54,925 bases of DNA, filler included, from Sphacelaria rigidula (GCA_964200075.2; 6 parts of 6 records of this genome joined end to end with filler, not necessarily neighbours in it); one strand, 5' to 3'; numbered from the whole stretch's first letter, positions 25,401-37,480 are shown. Notes: generated from the sequence alone by a model not told the origin. Numbers and translations are program-made.

Positions 25401-26087
25401 CACGGGGACGAAACTAGTGTTCAGAATCAAATGGAGAGGAAAGACTTCTCGGTACTGGAAAGGGGGTCAAGAGGTCATCATCCCAGCTTGGGTTCCGACA
25501 TTCTTACTTGCCACGATGTTTGTGTTTTAGCATATATTTTGCGCAATGCAAGACTTTTTCCTCGAGAGGAGATTGACCGAGTATTGTTCGACTATAGCCT
25601 CTCGCCAAGTCAAACAAGAGCAAGTCACGACAAGTCAAGGCAAGGCAAGGCAAGACACACACACCGTGAAACCTTCGCGCAGCAGGTATCCACAAGCAGT
25701 GCACCACTACGGTCAATCATGAAAACGCACGCGCGCGTGTGTGTGTGTATGTGTGTGTGTGACGTGGGGATCGTCTTGCCTCGAACCATCACCTCAGGAC
25801 ACAGTGGACGCAGCGTTGGAGAGGTACGAGGGAGCTCGCTCGCCGCCCAACATCCTCGCGGCCTGTGCAAAGCTGGACAAGGTATCCGGGGGTACTCTCA
25901 ATCGCCCGCAATTCGCTCTCGCTCTCCGCGGTCTAAGGCCCGCGTTGGAGCTCCCGCCCCTGATTTTGCGGACTGCTATGAATTTCTTCGACACGGGCAA
26001 GGACGGAGGTGGGAGTGGAGCCGGTGCGGGTGCGGGTGCGGGTGCGGGTGCCGGGGACAGCGGAAGCAGCAGCAGCATCGACTACAG
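19444..26087 (+). CDS. RPGRIP1L: RPGRIP1L/fantom-like ciliary transition-zone protein (C2 domain, EF-hand-like motifs, IQ motif); internal exons only
   Basis: Phase-consistent GT-AG exons 19444-19562, 19903-19996, 20859-21089, 21752-21899, 23189-23413, 23770-24125, 24247-24486, 24726-25172, 25798-26087. LLGFQDVFTPVV..SPMF...FPV..DKLLRFL..RLTVTIMDD...LIGEAMVDLSPLA...AGHISVSARW matches the pattern of the second C2 domain of RPGRIP1/RPGRIP1L. EF-like AFSKLDPEGAGRLSRLAF and LDKVSGGTLNRPQF; IQ-like AATLLQSRVRGYNVRR. Confidence 0.8.
19818..19871 (+). repeat. Short dispersed repeat; other copies near 36699-36752 and 37576-37629
   Basis: GCGTGGYCRATGGTCAAATGACTNAGGCAAGCAACAAATGAGTACGCCCCCC found on two different contigs. 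Confidence 0.7.
22201..22455 (-). mobile_element. tRNA-derived SINE (family 2), intronic
   Basis: Minus strand reads GCCCCGGTGGCTCAGTTGG (A box) ... GGGTTTGAATCTCGG (B box), then a ~150-nt body and an (AAAAC)n tail. Confidence 0.75.
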
Positions 26088-26822
26088 GTAGGGTCTTCGA
26101 GGAGATCAAGGTCTGGTGAAAGCTAGATAACGTGGAAGCGCGATCTGTCTCGTTCCCTCGCACAGGGCATGCTGTTTTCCTGGTGAAAAAAACATCCCTA
26201 TCCAACCACACTCGTCACTCTGCGGTGGATACGGGAATTTACGGCACAAAACCTTCATCTGTTGCTGATGTTCGGGGTCGGTTTTCGAAACAGAAATGAG
26301 GATTATGTATTGAGGATCACATCTGTCAAACTTGGACATACTGAACTACGTATGTGTACACCAGTCAATTCTCGTCACGTTGTATGAGAATCGCGTGGTG
26401 GGGCCTACGATCGAGTCCTCTATCTGATGCCGCATATTTTAGTTCTCAATCAACACCATAGCATTTTTATTTTATTTTTTCCAAAGCGCCATTTCTTCGA
26501 AAGTGGGCCAGGTCTGTCTTCCGTGTTGGTCCTGCAAAACAGTTCTTGATCCAGACGGCAGACCCCACCCAGTCTCTGTCAAACACGCACGTAATAGAAC
26601 AACAAACGATGGCAAAGAACTCATATTTCACTTTTTGGTTCATGACAGAGAGAGGGTGAATAAAGAGGGAAAGAAATCCCTAGGCAACCACGTAATTGGT
26701 GGGTGTTTTTTCTGGCTATAATTTGTGGGACGCCAATTTTAGAATTTTGAGTCCGCTCGTCAAGCACCCATAATAAAACAAGGTCCCGAAGTTTTGAAAC
26801 TGCATCTATATGCTGTGGTTTG

Positions 26823-26824
<2 letters not shown>

Positions 26825-26876
<52 letters not shown>

Positions 26877-26912
26877 GCTGTTGCTGTTGCTGTTGATGTT
26901 GATGTTGATGTT
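26825..26912 (+). repeat. (GTT)n microsatellite with degenerate GCT/GAT units
   Basis: Seen directly. Confidence 0.95.
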
Positions 26913-27057
26913 GTACTAGTACGACAGTGATGGCTCACGATCATACCCGGTCCGCGTGCACAACAGACAGTACGTGCGAGGCGTTATTTAGTACCCGGCA
27001 AGCGTAATGCACTTGTTGCCATTCTTCATTTTGAGTGACCTCATACGGCCTCAGCAA

Positions 27058-27333
27058 GCGCCCCGGTGGTCTAATGGTACAACTTACACTATTAGATTGG
27101 AAAATGCGGATTCGACTCTCCGCAGATGCCTCTGGATTTTCTCCGAAGCATTCTCTGATTTCCGTTCTTATGAGCCGTGAGGACGTGAGCAGCCAAAGCG
27201 AATGTATTTGTCGAGAGTGCACGCGATGGGGGAGTGCTGGTCCAGTGATTATCGTCATCAAATTGCAAGGCATGTGCCGGGCATAAGTGGATTGATTTAT
27301 TGAGAGGGGTTGCATTCGAATACGTCAGAAACA
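27058..27333 (+). mobile_element. tRNA-derived SINE (family 1), diverged copy
   Basis: A box TGGTCTAATGG and B box GGATTCGACTC. The body shares GAGTGCTG and TGCAAGGCATGTGCCGGG with the copies at 28958 and 37149. Confidence 0.6.
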
Positions 27334-27414
27334 AGGGGGGGGAGGGGGGGGGGGGGGGGGTTTACTAACAATAAACAAGGACGGAGGCACAAAAAGAGTG
27401 TCGCCACAACCCCA

Positions 27415-27514
27415 NNNNNNNNNNNNNNNNNNNNNNNNNNNNNNNNNNNNNNNNNNNNTTAATTAATTAANNNNNNNNNNNNNNNNNNNNNNNNNNNNNN
27501 NNNNNNNNNNNNNN
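27415..27514. other. Artificial contig linker 3
   Basis: 44 N + TTAATTAATTAA + 44 N. Confidence 0.99.
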
Positions 27515-27810
27515 TCACGCAACTTTTGCGCCATTCCACGTGTCTGGGCTGCGTGTACCTGGCTTGCAACGTTCCCGTTATCACATTTGCACGTCACACA
27601 TACAAGCGTCCATGAGACTAATTCAACGGAGGTGGAAAAAACATAATACGATGTAAAGTCCTCTGCCGATAAAAAAACGAAAAAAAGAGGACTTCGTCGA
27701 ACAATAAAAAAAATGATGCCACCGCCAGAGAAAAATATCATTGTGATGAGAAATGGCGCATCAGTTTGTAATGTACGGCGATCAATCTACGGATGAAACC
27801 ACACACGAAC

Positions 27811-28788
27811 CTGCAGGTCGCTGGCCATCTCCCAGCTGTTGTGTATGTAACTGAGGTTTTTCCACTTAACAAGATACATCTCCTTTCCGCCTTCCCCTCC
27901 CGCATCACCATCTTCCTCGCCATGCTGCCAAGTCGTCGGTGGGGGGGGGGAGGGGGTTGTGTAATAATAACAAGTACGGGGGAACGGCGGGGTCGGCGGG
28001 TAAAGATCACTCAACAGGTCTGATTTGATTTGACTGATTGTTGCACATTAACTGATCATTATCGACAAGAGGGAGCTAGCCGTGGTCATTGTTCACATGA
28101 CAGACGTAACAGAGATGAAACAAAACAAAACAAGACGGAAATACTCGCTGAAGGAGTGACGTACGTGAAGAAATAAATAGAAGGAAGGTGGAGCAGACAC
28201 AAAACGTCTTCTTTTTATACATGTATAAAAAATAGTCGGCCTCGGCGAAACTCAAGCAAACAGGCACACAAACACACACAAACACACACAAACACGGTTT
28301 ACCCACATGCATTATGATATTATTATTTCCGCACATTAGTCCGATCTCTCGAACCCGTGGTCACAGACGTAGGCTCGTCCTTCCAACACCGTCTCTCCTA
28401 TTCCTCACACGACACAGAATCCTCAAAACAAGCATAAACCCAGAGGGAGAGAAGGCCTGAGTGAGCTCACCTCAGCCGTAAACACCTGTCGACCAAGGAT
28501 CTTATCCACGACATAGTCGCACACAGGTGCAATAGGCGGGCCTTTGGCTGCTACTCCACCCGCTGCCTCTAACGCAGCAGCGGCAGCCGCCGCCGCCGCC
28601 GCTCCCCTGTGAGACGCCGACAAAGACGAGGAGTAATCGGCGGACCGGTTCTCGTCGAACGAGGACCCGCTCGTAGAACCGGTCCGGCTCTTCTTCGATG
28701 ATCCTCCTGCTACGCCATTATCTTCGTCATCATCAGTGAGATAGTCATCTGCTTGATCGCGGGATCCGAGTTCGGGTTCAGGTTCGAG
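27811..28788 (-). CDS. CHD-type chromodomain protein (probable chromodomain-helicase remodeler), two exons, partial
   Basis: Exons 28788-28471 (acidic/Ser/poly-Ala, then YVVDKILGRQVFTAE) and 27924-27811 (...EMYLVKWKNLSYIHNSWEMASDLQ), both phase 0 and GT-AG. The YLVKWK-x-x-SYIH-x-x-WE signature is typical of the first CHD chromodomain. No helicase is visible in the contig. Confidence 0.8.
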
Positions 28789-28957
28789 CTACTGGTGTAT
28801 GTGGTGTCATCATGACCTTCATATGGCACTGCCGTCCACAGGCCTGTCTTGCGGTGGGCACATTATATGTATACCAAGAGTGTGTTGGGTGAGGTACATC
28901 CTATATTTGGGTAGTTTGAAAACTCGCACTCGAAAAGTGCTTTATAAGCCGTCACCA

Positions 28958-29297
28958 CCGCGGCCCAGTGGTGTAATGGTCCGATTGTCGCCATTAGGGT
29001 GGGGAGAACGAGGGCTCAGTTGCCGATGTGTTGGGGTGTTTTTCTCCGTAGTATCTGATTTCCACGTTTGAAAGCGTGAGAACGTGAGTAAACAAAAAGA
29101 TCGTAGATTGCGTTTGCCCGAAGTGAGTTGACGCGGTACGGGAATGCTGATGGTCATGATCCAATCCGCGAGACCGGAATGCAAGGCGTGTATCGGGGGA
29201 AAGACGGTTTCATCTCTTGAGACCACGGACTCGTCCAGAGGCAGGGGAGGGGTTCAAAGCGCGACAAATAAATGATAAAAAAATAAAAAAACAAAAA
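28958..29297 (+). mobile_element. tRNA(Pro)-derived SINE (family 1)
   Basis: A box TGGTGTAATGG, anticodon-like arm CCA-TTAGGGT-GG, degenerate B box, shared body CAATCCGCGAGACC..ATGCAAGGCGTGTA..CACGGACTCGTCC, and an A-rich tail. Confidence 0.75.
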
Positions 29298-29940
29298 GTA
29301 CCCTAAACTTGGGTGAGGAATTGAGATCGTACTCCACAACACTCAAATATTGCGTATAGTAAGTAGTCCATTGCGATCGTACCAAACTCTACCCAATGTT
29401 CGGGAGAGTAAATAAATGCCCAAGTATTTACCCTACTCAACACACCCTTGAAATGGTCCCAACGCACCACATAAAGACCCCCTAGCGGATTGGATGGGTT
29501 TCGAATCCCGCCCCCAGCCACTTTGTATTTTCTGCCTTTTTTTTTTAGGAGTACTCCGAGCATTTATCTGATTCCCATCCTTGAAAACGAGGGGACCCGA
29601 GCGAGTGAAATACCGGTCACGCCACGGTAGGGGCTACACAGTTGGGCCCAGACCTTTCCTAGGTTCGGACGTATTGTCGCTATTAATAGTTCGAATCGCC
29701 AAATCTAAAATCTACGATTATCGAGATCTGTTTGCTCGAAAGGCAGAAAAGCGTTCACCACAGGTCGGAAAAAATATCACGCAATTTTTGCGCTGATCCA
29801 CGCGCCTACCTGCGGTGCAGTGAAACGCTGAAAATAACACCCGAGGATCGATTCATCTAAATCGTACGGTACAAATCAATCACACAAAACAGCAAGTACT
29901 TTTCAGGACACTCACCGTTACACGTTACAAGTTAAGCGTC

Positions 29941-30058
29941 GAGCCAGGATAGTACTATGGTGGGGAACCACGTGGGGAGCCCTGTTCAAAGCCCTATTCA
30001 AAGTCAAGTCAAATCAGGGCTCCCCACGTGGTCCCCCACCATAGTTCTAGCCTGGCTC
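29941..30058. mobile_element. 118-bp foldback/MITE
   Basis: 44-bp inverted arms (29941-29984 and 30015-30058) with 3 mismatches and a 30-nt spacer. Confidence 0.75.
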
Positions 30059-30738
30059 AACCCTTAGACGAGGAGAGTCGCCTCAGAACAGATGTACAGG
30101 CTGACAGTTCCGAGACATCCGGGGGTTCCCAGAGCCCGGGGGGGGTTCTCCGCGGAGTATCGGAGAAGCTCACGGAGTCAACCATGTGTGTTTGGAAGTT
30201 TCCCCCGGAAAATTATGAGCCGTGCACGAGGCCCGAGAGACGCGGGATAACTGTTCTGACCAATAACGGCCGTCAAAATGAGCACTTTTGTACCGGTAGA
30301 GGTAGACACCTGGACACATTCGCTGTCTACCCTCATGCAGGCTGGTTCAGATTGAATACCCAAAATTTATTCCCCGGCTGATGACGAACGCGCCACCCAG
30401 CCAATACGCACAAATGTGGTATCATACTGGCCGCAATAAACAAAATAAACAGGTGACACAGCCAGATTTTTGTTCAAGGCTACAGCGGTGGCGCTATGGA
30501 CAAGAGTATGTCTCGACCAATCAGCGCCCTTCAAATTGTTCTGAAATTGAAAACACGAATTTCAAGTCAAATTTTCACCGAATCTCTACATGGGTCAAAT
30601 CGTAGTAACCGTCATCAGCTTGAGAATCTAACGGAAGAAACAGAGTTCAAAACGGTTCCAACAGGGTCGAATTTTGCCCGAAACCTTGATGTTTCGGTCA
30701 TGTAGAGCTTTGGCGTCCTCTAATTTCCACTCATGATA

Positions 30739-31150
30739 CGAGCTGGGCCAGCCGAGAAGCGATTCCGCAGTTCGCAGGCCCATTATACGGCCAATACTTG
30801 GAGTTGGACCCTCAAATTTGGTATGGACAATGAGTAGGGCATAATAAAAAAAAATACTGGCGTACGCAAGGGATTTTTTGTTTTTTTTCATGAGTTAAGG
30901 GCAATAATCAGTTTTTAGATATCGGTAAAATGCCCCTAACTCATGAAAAAAAACGTTGTGTACGCCAGTAATTTTTTTATTATGCCGGTAAAATTACCCT
31001 TAACTCATGAAAAAAAAACGTTGTGTACGCCAGTAATTTTTTTAATGTGCCCTACTCATTGTCCACACCAAATTTCAGGGTCCAGCTCCAAGTATTGACC
31101 GTATAATGGGCCTGCAAACTGCAGAATCGCTTCTCGGCTGGCCCAGTTCG
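30739..31150. mobile_element. Mariner-type MITE with ~165-bp TIRs
   Basis: TA|CGAGCTGGGCCAGCCGAGAAGCGATT...AATCGCTTCTCGGCTGGCCCAGTTCG|TA, with an internal ~62-bp tandem duplication. Confidence 0.88.
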
Positions 31151-32861
31151 TAGCCCACCACAGGTGTTTTCGCAGCACAGCGAACCTGTCGTACTGCGAG
31201 TACTCTGGATAAGAGCATATGTAAATAAGCGTGGTCACGGTACTAGACGAAGGATGGAGTGGGTTCATGCATGGATAACTCGATTTGGCGAAATGAATGC
31301 TTGATCCAATCACAACTCCATTGTGGCTGGTACTGAAGCACCGCCGTTATAGTCACGTAGCGGGTGCACGGTGAATGCCGACGTGCTCATGATCTTTGTT
31401 CAATGACGCATTCATACGACAGATAAAAGAGAACAACTACTATTCATTGCCCAGTGAATAATATCGATGTGATATTTGATGTATGCTGAAAACTTTCTCT
31501 CGCTGAGACGTATTAGCATTTGAATTTGTCCCCTGCGGAGTTGGCCCGTGAGAGTTCCTGCCGTGGTAGATACATTTACGTAGTAACAGTGACACCGAGT
31601 TTGTTCGCTCCGACCGTATAGGTTTGCAGGTGTTGCACTTGCATGCTTATCTGAATCATATAATCTGCCATTTTGCTAAGCACTGAAAGCATTTGCTGAA
31701 CGAATTCCAAGACTTTGCTCTCTTCTGGAGTTTTGTTCAGCGAGAGGTTCCGTTTTGTTCACCTTGGGTACTTTTATTTTGTGACCATGGCTGGATGCGG
31801 GGCGGATCATTCAATGTGCCAGCATCCACCAGTCAATCACTCGACCACTGGACAGTACATGAACATTATGTTCGGTGCGTACTACAACGGTTAGATTTCA
31901 TGTATGGATAACGAAGTGTTTTGGTGCACATATGACACAAAACCATCACCATGGTGCTTCTCATAGTAAGTCTTGTAAGTGGTCACGTAGTTGGTCGAGG
32001 GAAAAATTGTTTTGGTTGTTTCCATATTTTCCCTGGCGAGAAGCGCATTCCTTCCACTACGTCTAGTAACGTACGACAGAAAAAAAAGGAGAACGAGAAA
32101 AATGTCTCTAATTACGGCGCCCCGACAACGTTTTATGCCCAAAAGCAGCCTTACTTTTGCCGGCGGATTCGACGATCTTGGAATGACTGCTCTCCTCTGA
32201 GAGTTCAGGGCACTCAGTCGCCTCCTCCTCGAAAAGGGTAAAGCAAACCATTCCGAAATGACCTCATCTTCTCGTGGTCCACTTCTCGAGCAAAACACGT
32301 TGCAGAGGTGACTGGGAAAATATGTATCAGTCATTTTTCTACGCCACAACAACGGGCCATACGTCACCTCTGATGGGAACCACAAAAAAATGGCTGAGGC
32401 GTACTATTTCGGACCTTCCGAGACGGCTGGAGAGTCACAAAATATTATCTCCGAAGAAGCGGCTCTATTGTCTCATGAACAGTAGCTCCGCCGTCTCCAG
32501 GGATTTTCCGGCACCCCTTTGGGGATGATTGCTACGCACAACGTGACTAAACCTGATTATAACTGGGTATATATAGTACAAAAAAATGGAAACCTGTCTA
32601 AAAGGCGTACATCAAAATCGACGAAATTCGAAGGATTTCACCGGATCTCTCGCGTTGCTATACATGAAGTGGTACGTCTGTCTTACCGGGCAGAAATCAA
32701 CAATATCAAACCTTAATGCACATGCGCATGATGAGTCGCAGAAAAACCCCGACAAGTAAATATGGTCAAGGTTCCTGTGTGGTATTCACTGTTCTGAGGT
32801 GATTTCACGGTACGACAAACACATTGCACATTCTTCTCGAGGCTTTGTTTACTTTGCTTAC

Positions 32862-35800
32862 CGCTGAGGGTACGAAGCAATGCCACTGTGTCACTAGCAA
32901 CTCTCTCGAGAGGTCCAAGAAACTTGGCAATGCCTCCATGACAGGCGCTTCCACCCAACGATCTCCCCAGCCCATCTGCTGACCCGCTGCTGCAGTCTCA
33001 CGCCTGTCATAGCGTAAAGCGTCGTGGGACGCAGGTGTTCAAACGATTCAACAACCCCTTCACGGTTAGGCCGAAAAATAAATAAAATCGTGATTCATCG
33101 TGATTCAACTCATGTTCATCGTTTCAACGAATAAATCATACGATTCGTACATCATTTGTAATTTATATCGGTTTTGAGCTCTTGTGTCGTGCATTACACC
33201 GTCGACGGTACCTGTTTCCTACCTTCAGATCATAGGGGGTAGATCATGGGCGCATACTAATAAATCCCCTGTAGGAAAATGCAGAATGAATCAATTGTAC
33301 ATGCCGCCCGCACTGACCATGAGGCGTGAATGGCATCTACATCTACGCCATGCATATGACTCGTGCGAGACGAAGAGTCGGCACATCGTTGAATCTCCTC
33401 ATGACATGGGCCTTGCATCAGTCGTACTTTTCTCCCAATCTGTCTGCGGTTGAGATGTCTGCACTGCATATGTTATTCACCGTAGGGTGCATGCGGGACC
33501 AACGGTTGAATACAGGTTAACTCCTGTCATTACATGAAGAGTCAACTCGTATAAATCGTGATTTGTCCTAAGCGTGAACCCCTTGATTTTTGTGTGCCCG
33601 GGACGAAGCAGATCTTTCTGTCCCGTAAAGGTCAAAATGTATAGTCATTCACTCGGCAATGATCAGGTCAATTATGCCGTAAACGTACATGCATCTACAA
33701 GAAGGAGATATCGTCCTCTAAAACGTTTGCTACAGAAGGAGTTTTTTCAACACAAGTCCATCCTCCACCCCAGCTTAGAGACTACAGTAGTGAGGCATTA
33801 AACAGAATCATTCGTAAAAAACTGAACCTATATCGGAACATACAGGCAAATGACCCAGTGCAAGGCAGAAAACAGAGTACAGCGGGAGACCACTTCGAGG
33901 CCGACCATTCTCCGGTCGGTGCCCGCGGTGAGGTCAGCAATACTTTAGGACATGCGTTGAGCCTCACATACCAATATCAGAAACAACGTTGCGGAAATAC
34001 CTTGCTTGAGGCCAATCAATTCATTCATGAGGTCGGTGTTTTCGACGCGATGTATACCATGTCGGAAGAGGGCCATCCACTGCTGATACAAGCTTAGAGC
34101 TTAACCCCGAAACTCCCACACGATTACGTACACTCTATCCAGTACGTCATACAAAAAAGGAGAAAAAAGAGCACATCCCTGATTACCCAAGATCGTGCAG
34201 CCTCTCCAGGGCTAGTGCGCACGCCTGCGGCATCAGCGCCTTCGTGGACGCATTTCTCGCCCGCATGACCGACTTCAACAGCCGAAAGACTGCCGCTGAA
34301 AGCCACGCTGGTCCGCCGCCGCCTGCCATGTTGTTTGCCGGCGCGGGCGATGGTAACGACAGAGACGTGACTGCCTGACTGGCGAATTCTTGCCCAGCCT
34401 GCTTGACGTGTTACCAGGAACGAATGCGAAGACGAGTATTGTAAGATTCGGACGAGGGGGTGGGGAAAATGTGGTATCGATCCTTGCTGGTCGAATTGAA
34501 TCGCGCTTTTCACTGCAGCCTACGCGAAATCACAGGTTGATGCGAGTGTTAGGCTGAAATTTTGGCGACAGATACTCAGCATTGTCGATGACCCTGTCGA
34601 TTGATAGGTTGTCGCAGATGAACTGATGCCCGAGAGACCCAGGTATGGTCATTATCCACAAGATGAAAGTACCCAAGGGGGAAAAAACGGAAGCAAGTAG
34701 AAATGCTCATTCAAGAAAGAAAGAAGTGGAGAAACAAAGTGGTAAAACACACGGAGTGACTTGAAAACAAAAACAAGCAGAAAAAGAAACGGAGAAAACT
34801 TGCCAAAAAATAAAAATAAAAGTTGAAAAAAAACGAAGTATAACTGGAGAAGGCCGGATCCTGCAGCCGTGCGCAAACGAAAATAAGTAAAAATCACATG
34901 CACCTATGCACAAAACAAAACAGAACGCTCGTGGGAGCACGTTGAGGCCCAGCTGTTTCGGACCAGGAGATTTGGACATGAACTCTCACCCAAGAACCCG
35001 ACGGAAGCAAGGCACCAAACTGCTACTATTGTATAAGATAACACTGAGAAGGAAGAAACGGTGAGTGGATGTAGAGATATGGAAGGGTGGAAGGACGGAA
35101 ATAGAATGATGAACAGGAACACTGTAAAATATGGGAGCGATGGAACGGTAGAATGTACAAAAGTGACCATGGGCACTAGATTTCTGGCAGAGGGCTGATG
35201 TGAGAAACAACAACAACAACAACAACGACCACAACAAAGATGATGATGACGACAACGACACGTGCAGAAGCACAACCAGGGAACAAGACAAGGCCATAAG
35301 CCAAGATGCGTATCCATCGAGCCTCGATCTAGATGAACAACACCCACCCCGACTGGCACAAGATGGACTAGGGTGGTCCCATGGACCAAGCATCCCAAAC
35401 ACATGAACGCAAGCGGTACTCTCTTGAATTCCTTGACGCGTGACAGACGAGCACATAAATTTGCCCCTTCGATTCACATACCACAGCAGTGCGCGTGACA
35501 CATCAGATCAACGCAGAGCGGACGAGTGAGCAAAAAGCGACAGCCAGATTTTGGATATGGTTCCATCTCAATCACAAAAATTGCGGTATATGTGCTCAGC
35601 GATCAGCAAACAGTTCAACGATTGTAGGTCACCAACAAACACATCAACTTCAATAAAGGTAGGACTTCTGCGTGACGAAAGCATACGTACGCCAAGCCCA
35701 TCATGAGCCGTGCCGCACGAGGCAGAGCGTACTGTGACTTCATCAATCCCCTTTCCAACCAGCCACAAGCCCATTTGACTTGATCTGGACCTTGACCGTA

Positions 35801-36437
35801 CCTATTTTCGCTTGTCGCATACCTGTCATCCTACTCAATGTACCCCTTCTTCTGTGAAATAGAGAATTTCTGAGTGGCAAACAGCAAAAACACGGATACT
35901 CGAAGAGCGCATAGGGGGTACATTCCCAAGATATACTGTACACACGCCACTAGCTTTTTTTCTAGGGTTTCCTCCCGGAAGTGCTCCAGCCTATTCACCT
36001 TCGGTGCGCCCATGTTGTGACAATGGTATACCTGGATCTGTTGGTTGTCCTACTACTTCCGCGGACACTGAAACATCATTCACTGATCGAATATGCTGGC
36101 AACAGCGTGCATGGAAAAACGGAGAGAACACATCAGCCTCTACCGTTACATCCACTACTTTAGCACGCGAAGTATCGATGATTCCATTGCGGCACCATTT
36201 GTTCCCATGTGTAGTACTGTGCGTGCGAAGAAGCCGAGAATGTGGCCAGCCCCCAAAGCTACACACCTCTTGTCCCAGGCAATCCACCACAGCCACCTGC
36301 AAGCGCAACAACGCCCTGGCCATAGACGCAACCTCCTTACTATTTTGCGAAGCAGCAGCGGTCTGCAGGGTCGGGGGTACGAGCGCTACCAGCGGCCCGA
36401 GACAGGGCTGCAGTGCCTGGTACAGCACCTTCCGTGC
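32862..36437 (-). CDS. Putative upstream exons, possibly the N-terminal part of the CHD-type gene or a separate gene
   Basis: Phase-consistent chain 36437-36267, 35998-35946, 35822-35687, 34398-34187, 34092-34001, 33942-33828, 33003-32862. It ends in phase 0, compatible with the exon at 28788. The peptide is Leu/Ala-rich and helical-looking (ARKVLYQALQPCLGPLVALVP..., WLSAAVFRLLKSVMRAR...) with no named domain. Confidence 0.5.
33061..33576. mobile_element. Non-autonomous hAT-type element, intronic
   Basis: Imperfect TIRs CACGGTTAGGCCGAA / TTGTCCTAAGCGTG. A perfect 8-bp TSD, AACCCCTT, lies at 33053-33060 and 33577-33584. Subterminal ATCGTGATT motifs are present. Confidence 0.85.
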
Positions 36438-36585
36438 CTGGAATCGCAAGAAATAATACCGTTAGAGCTGGGTGGGGAGGATGGGCTTGAGGGGGGGGGG
36501 GGGGGGGGCGCACAGGGGGCGTTCGCAGCGGGGGGGGGGGCGGCAGGGACGGCAAGAGCACTGGCCGCGCAACCGCGCATAAAAA

Positions 36586-36685
36586 NNNNNNNNNNNNNNN
36601 NNNNNNNNNNNNNNNNNNNNNNNNNNNNNTTAATTAATTAANNNNNNNNNNNNNNNNNNNNNNNNNNNNNNNNNNNNNNNNNNNN
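36586..36685. other. Artificial contig linker 4
   Basis: 44 N + TTAATTAATTAA + 44 N. Confidence 0.99.
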
Positions 36686-37148
36686 TCTCGAAAGGGATGC
36701 GTGGTCAATGGTCAAATGACTAAGGCAAGCAACAAATGAGTACGCCCCCCCCTCTAAGGGGCATATTTGGTGCCCCCCATAGTGATGTGTTTAACCATTT
36801 GAGGGGCTGATTGGAGGTTACTTTCGAAAAATGGATTATGGCCATATTCAGATCTGTGTGACGTACGACGGATATTCTCAGAAAAAGACATCGTGCTTCG
36901 ACTGCCTCTACTGTAGACCAAGCTACGCATCACTGCACACCATTGGCAAGGAAATAACATAACTCAAGACTCGCTCACAACCAAGTACGAAATGCCATAA
37001 ACAAAATGAGAAACAAATCCAGAGGTCGCACAAGGATCCGAACCGGGGGGGGGGAGGGGGGGTGTAATCATGATCACGCATGCCATAGTCATAGGACCAG
37101 TGATGGGGGTCAACGTTGATAATTTCCTCATTTTTCAGTGCGCGAATG

Positions 37149-37480
37149 CCGCCGCACTTCGGTGGTCCAATGGTGCGACTGCTACCATTTGGGTGGGGAG
37201 AACGTGAGTTCGATTCCCGATGCATGGGGATCTTTCTATTTTCAGTATTAGATCTCCGTCGTCGAAAAGCCGGAGTACTACGTGAACAGAAAACAGTATA
37301 ATTAATGTGTTCGGCGAGAGTTGACACGATGCTGGAGTGCTGATAGTCATGACACAATCCGCGAGACCAAAATGCAAGGCGTGTACCGGGGATAGATGGG
37401 TTGATCCCCTGAGACATGACAACACGGACTCGTCCCGAAGAAGGGGAAGGGTCCAAAGTGCGACAGAAAACACACACACA
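37149..37480 (+). mobile_element. tRNA(Pro)-derived SINE (family 1)
   Basis: A box TGGTCCAATGG, CCA-TTTGGGT-GG arm, B box GAGTTCGATTC. Body homologous to the 28958 copy, followed by an (AC)n tail. Confidence 0.78.

Noticed and set aside
30105..30260. Similarity to 39085-39260 as a conserved regulatory element
   Set aside because: Patchy similarity between unrelated contigs is best explained as old transposon fragments, and the boundaries could not be defined.
37149..37225. Functional tRNA-Pro gene (also 28958, 27058, 22380-22455)
   Set aside because: The acceptor and other stems are not intact, and each head continues into a shared SINE body and tail.
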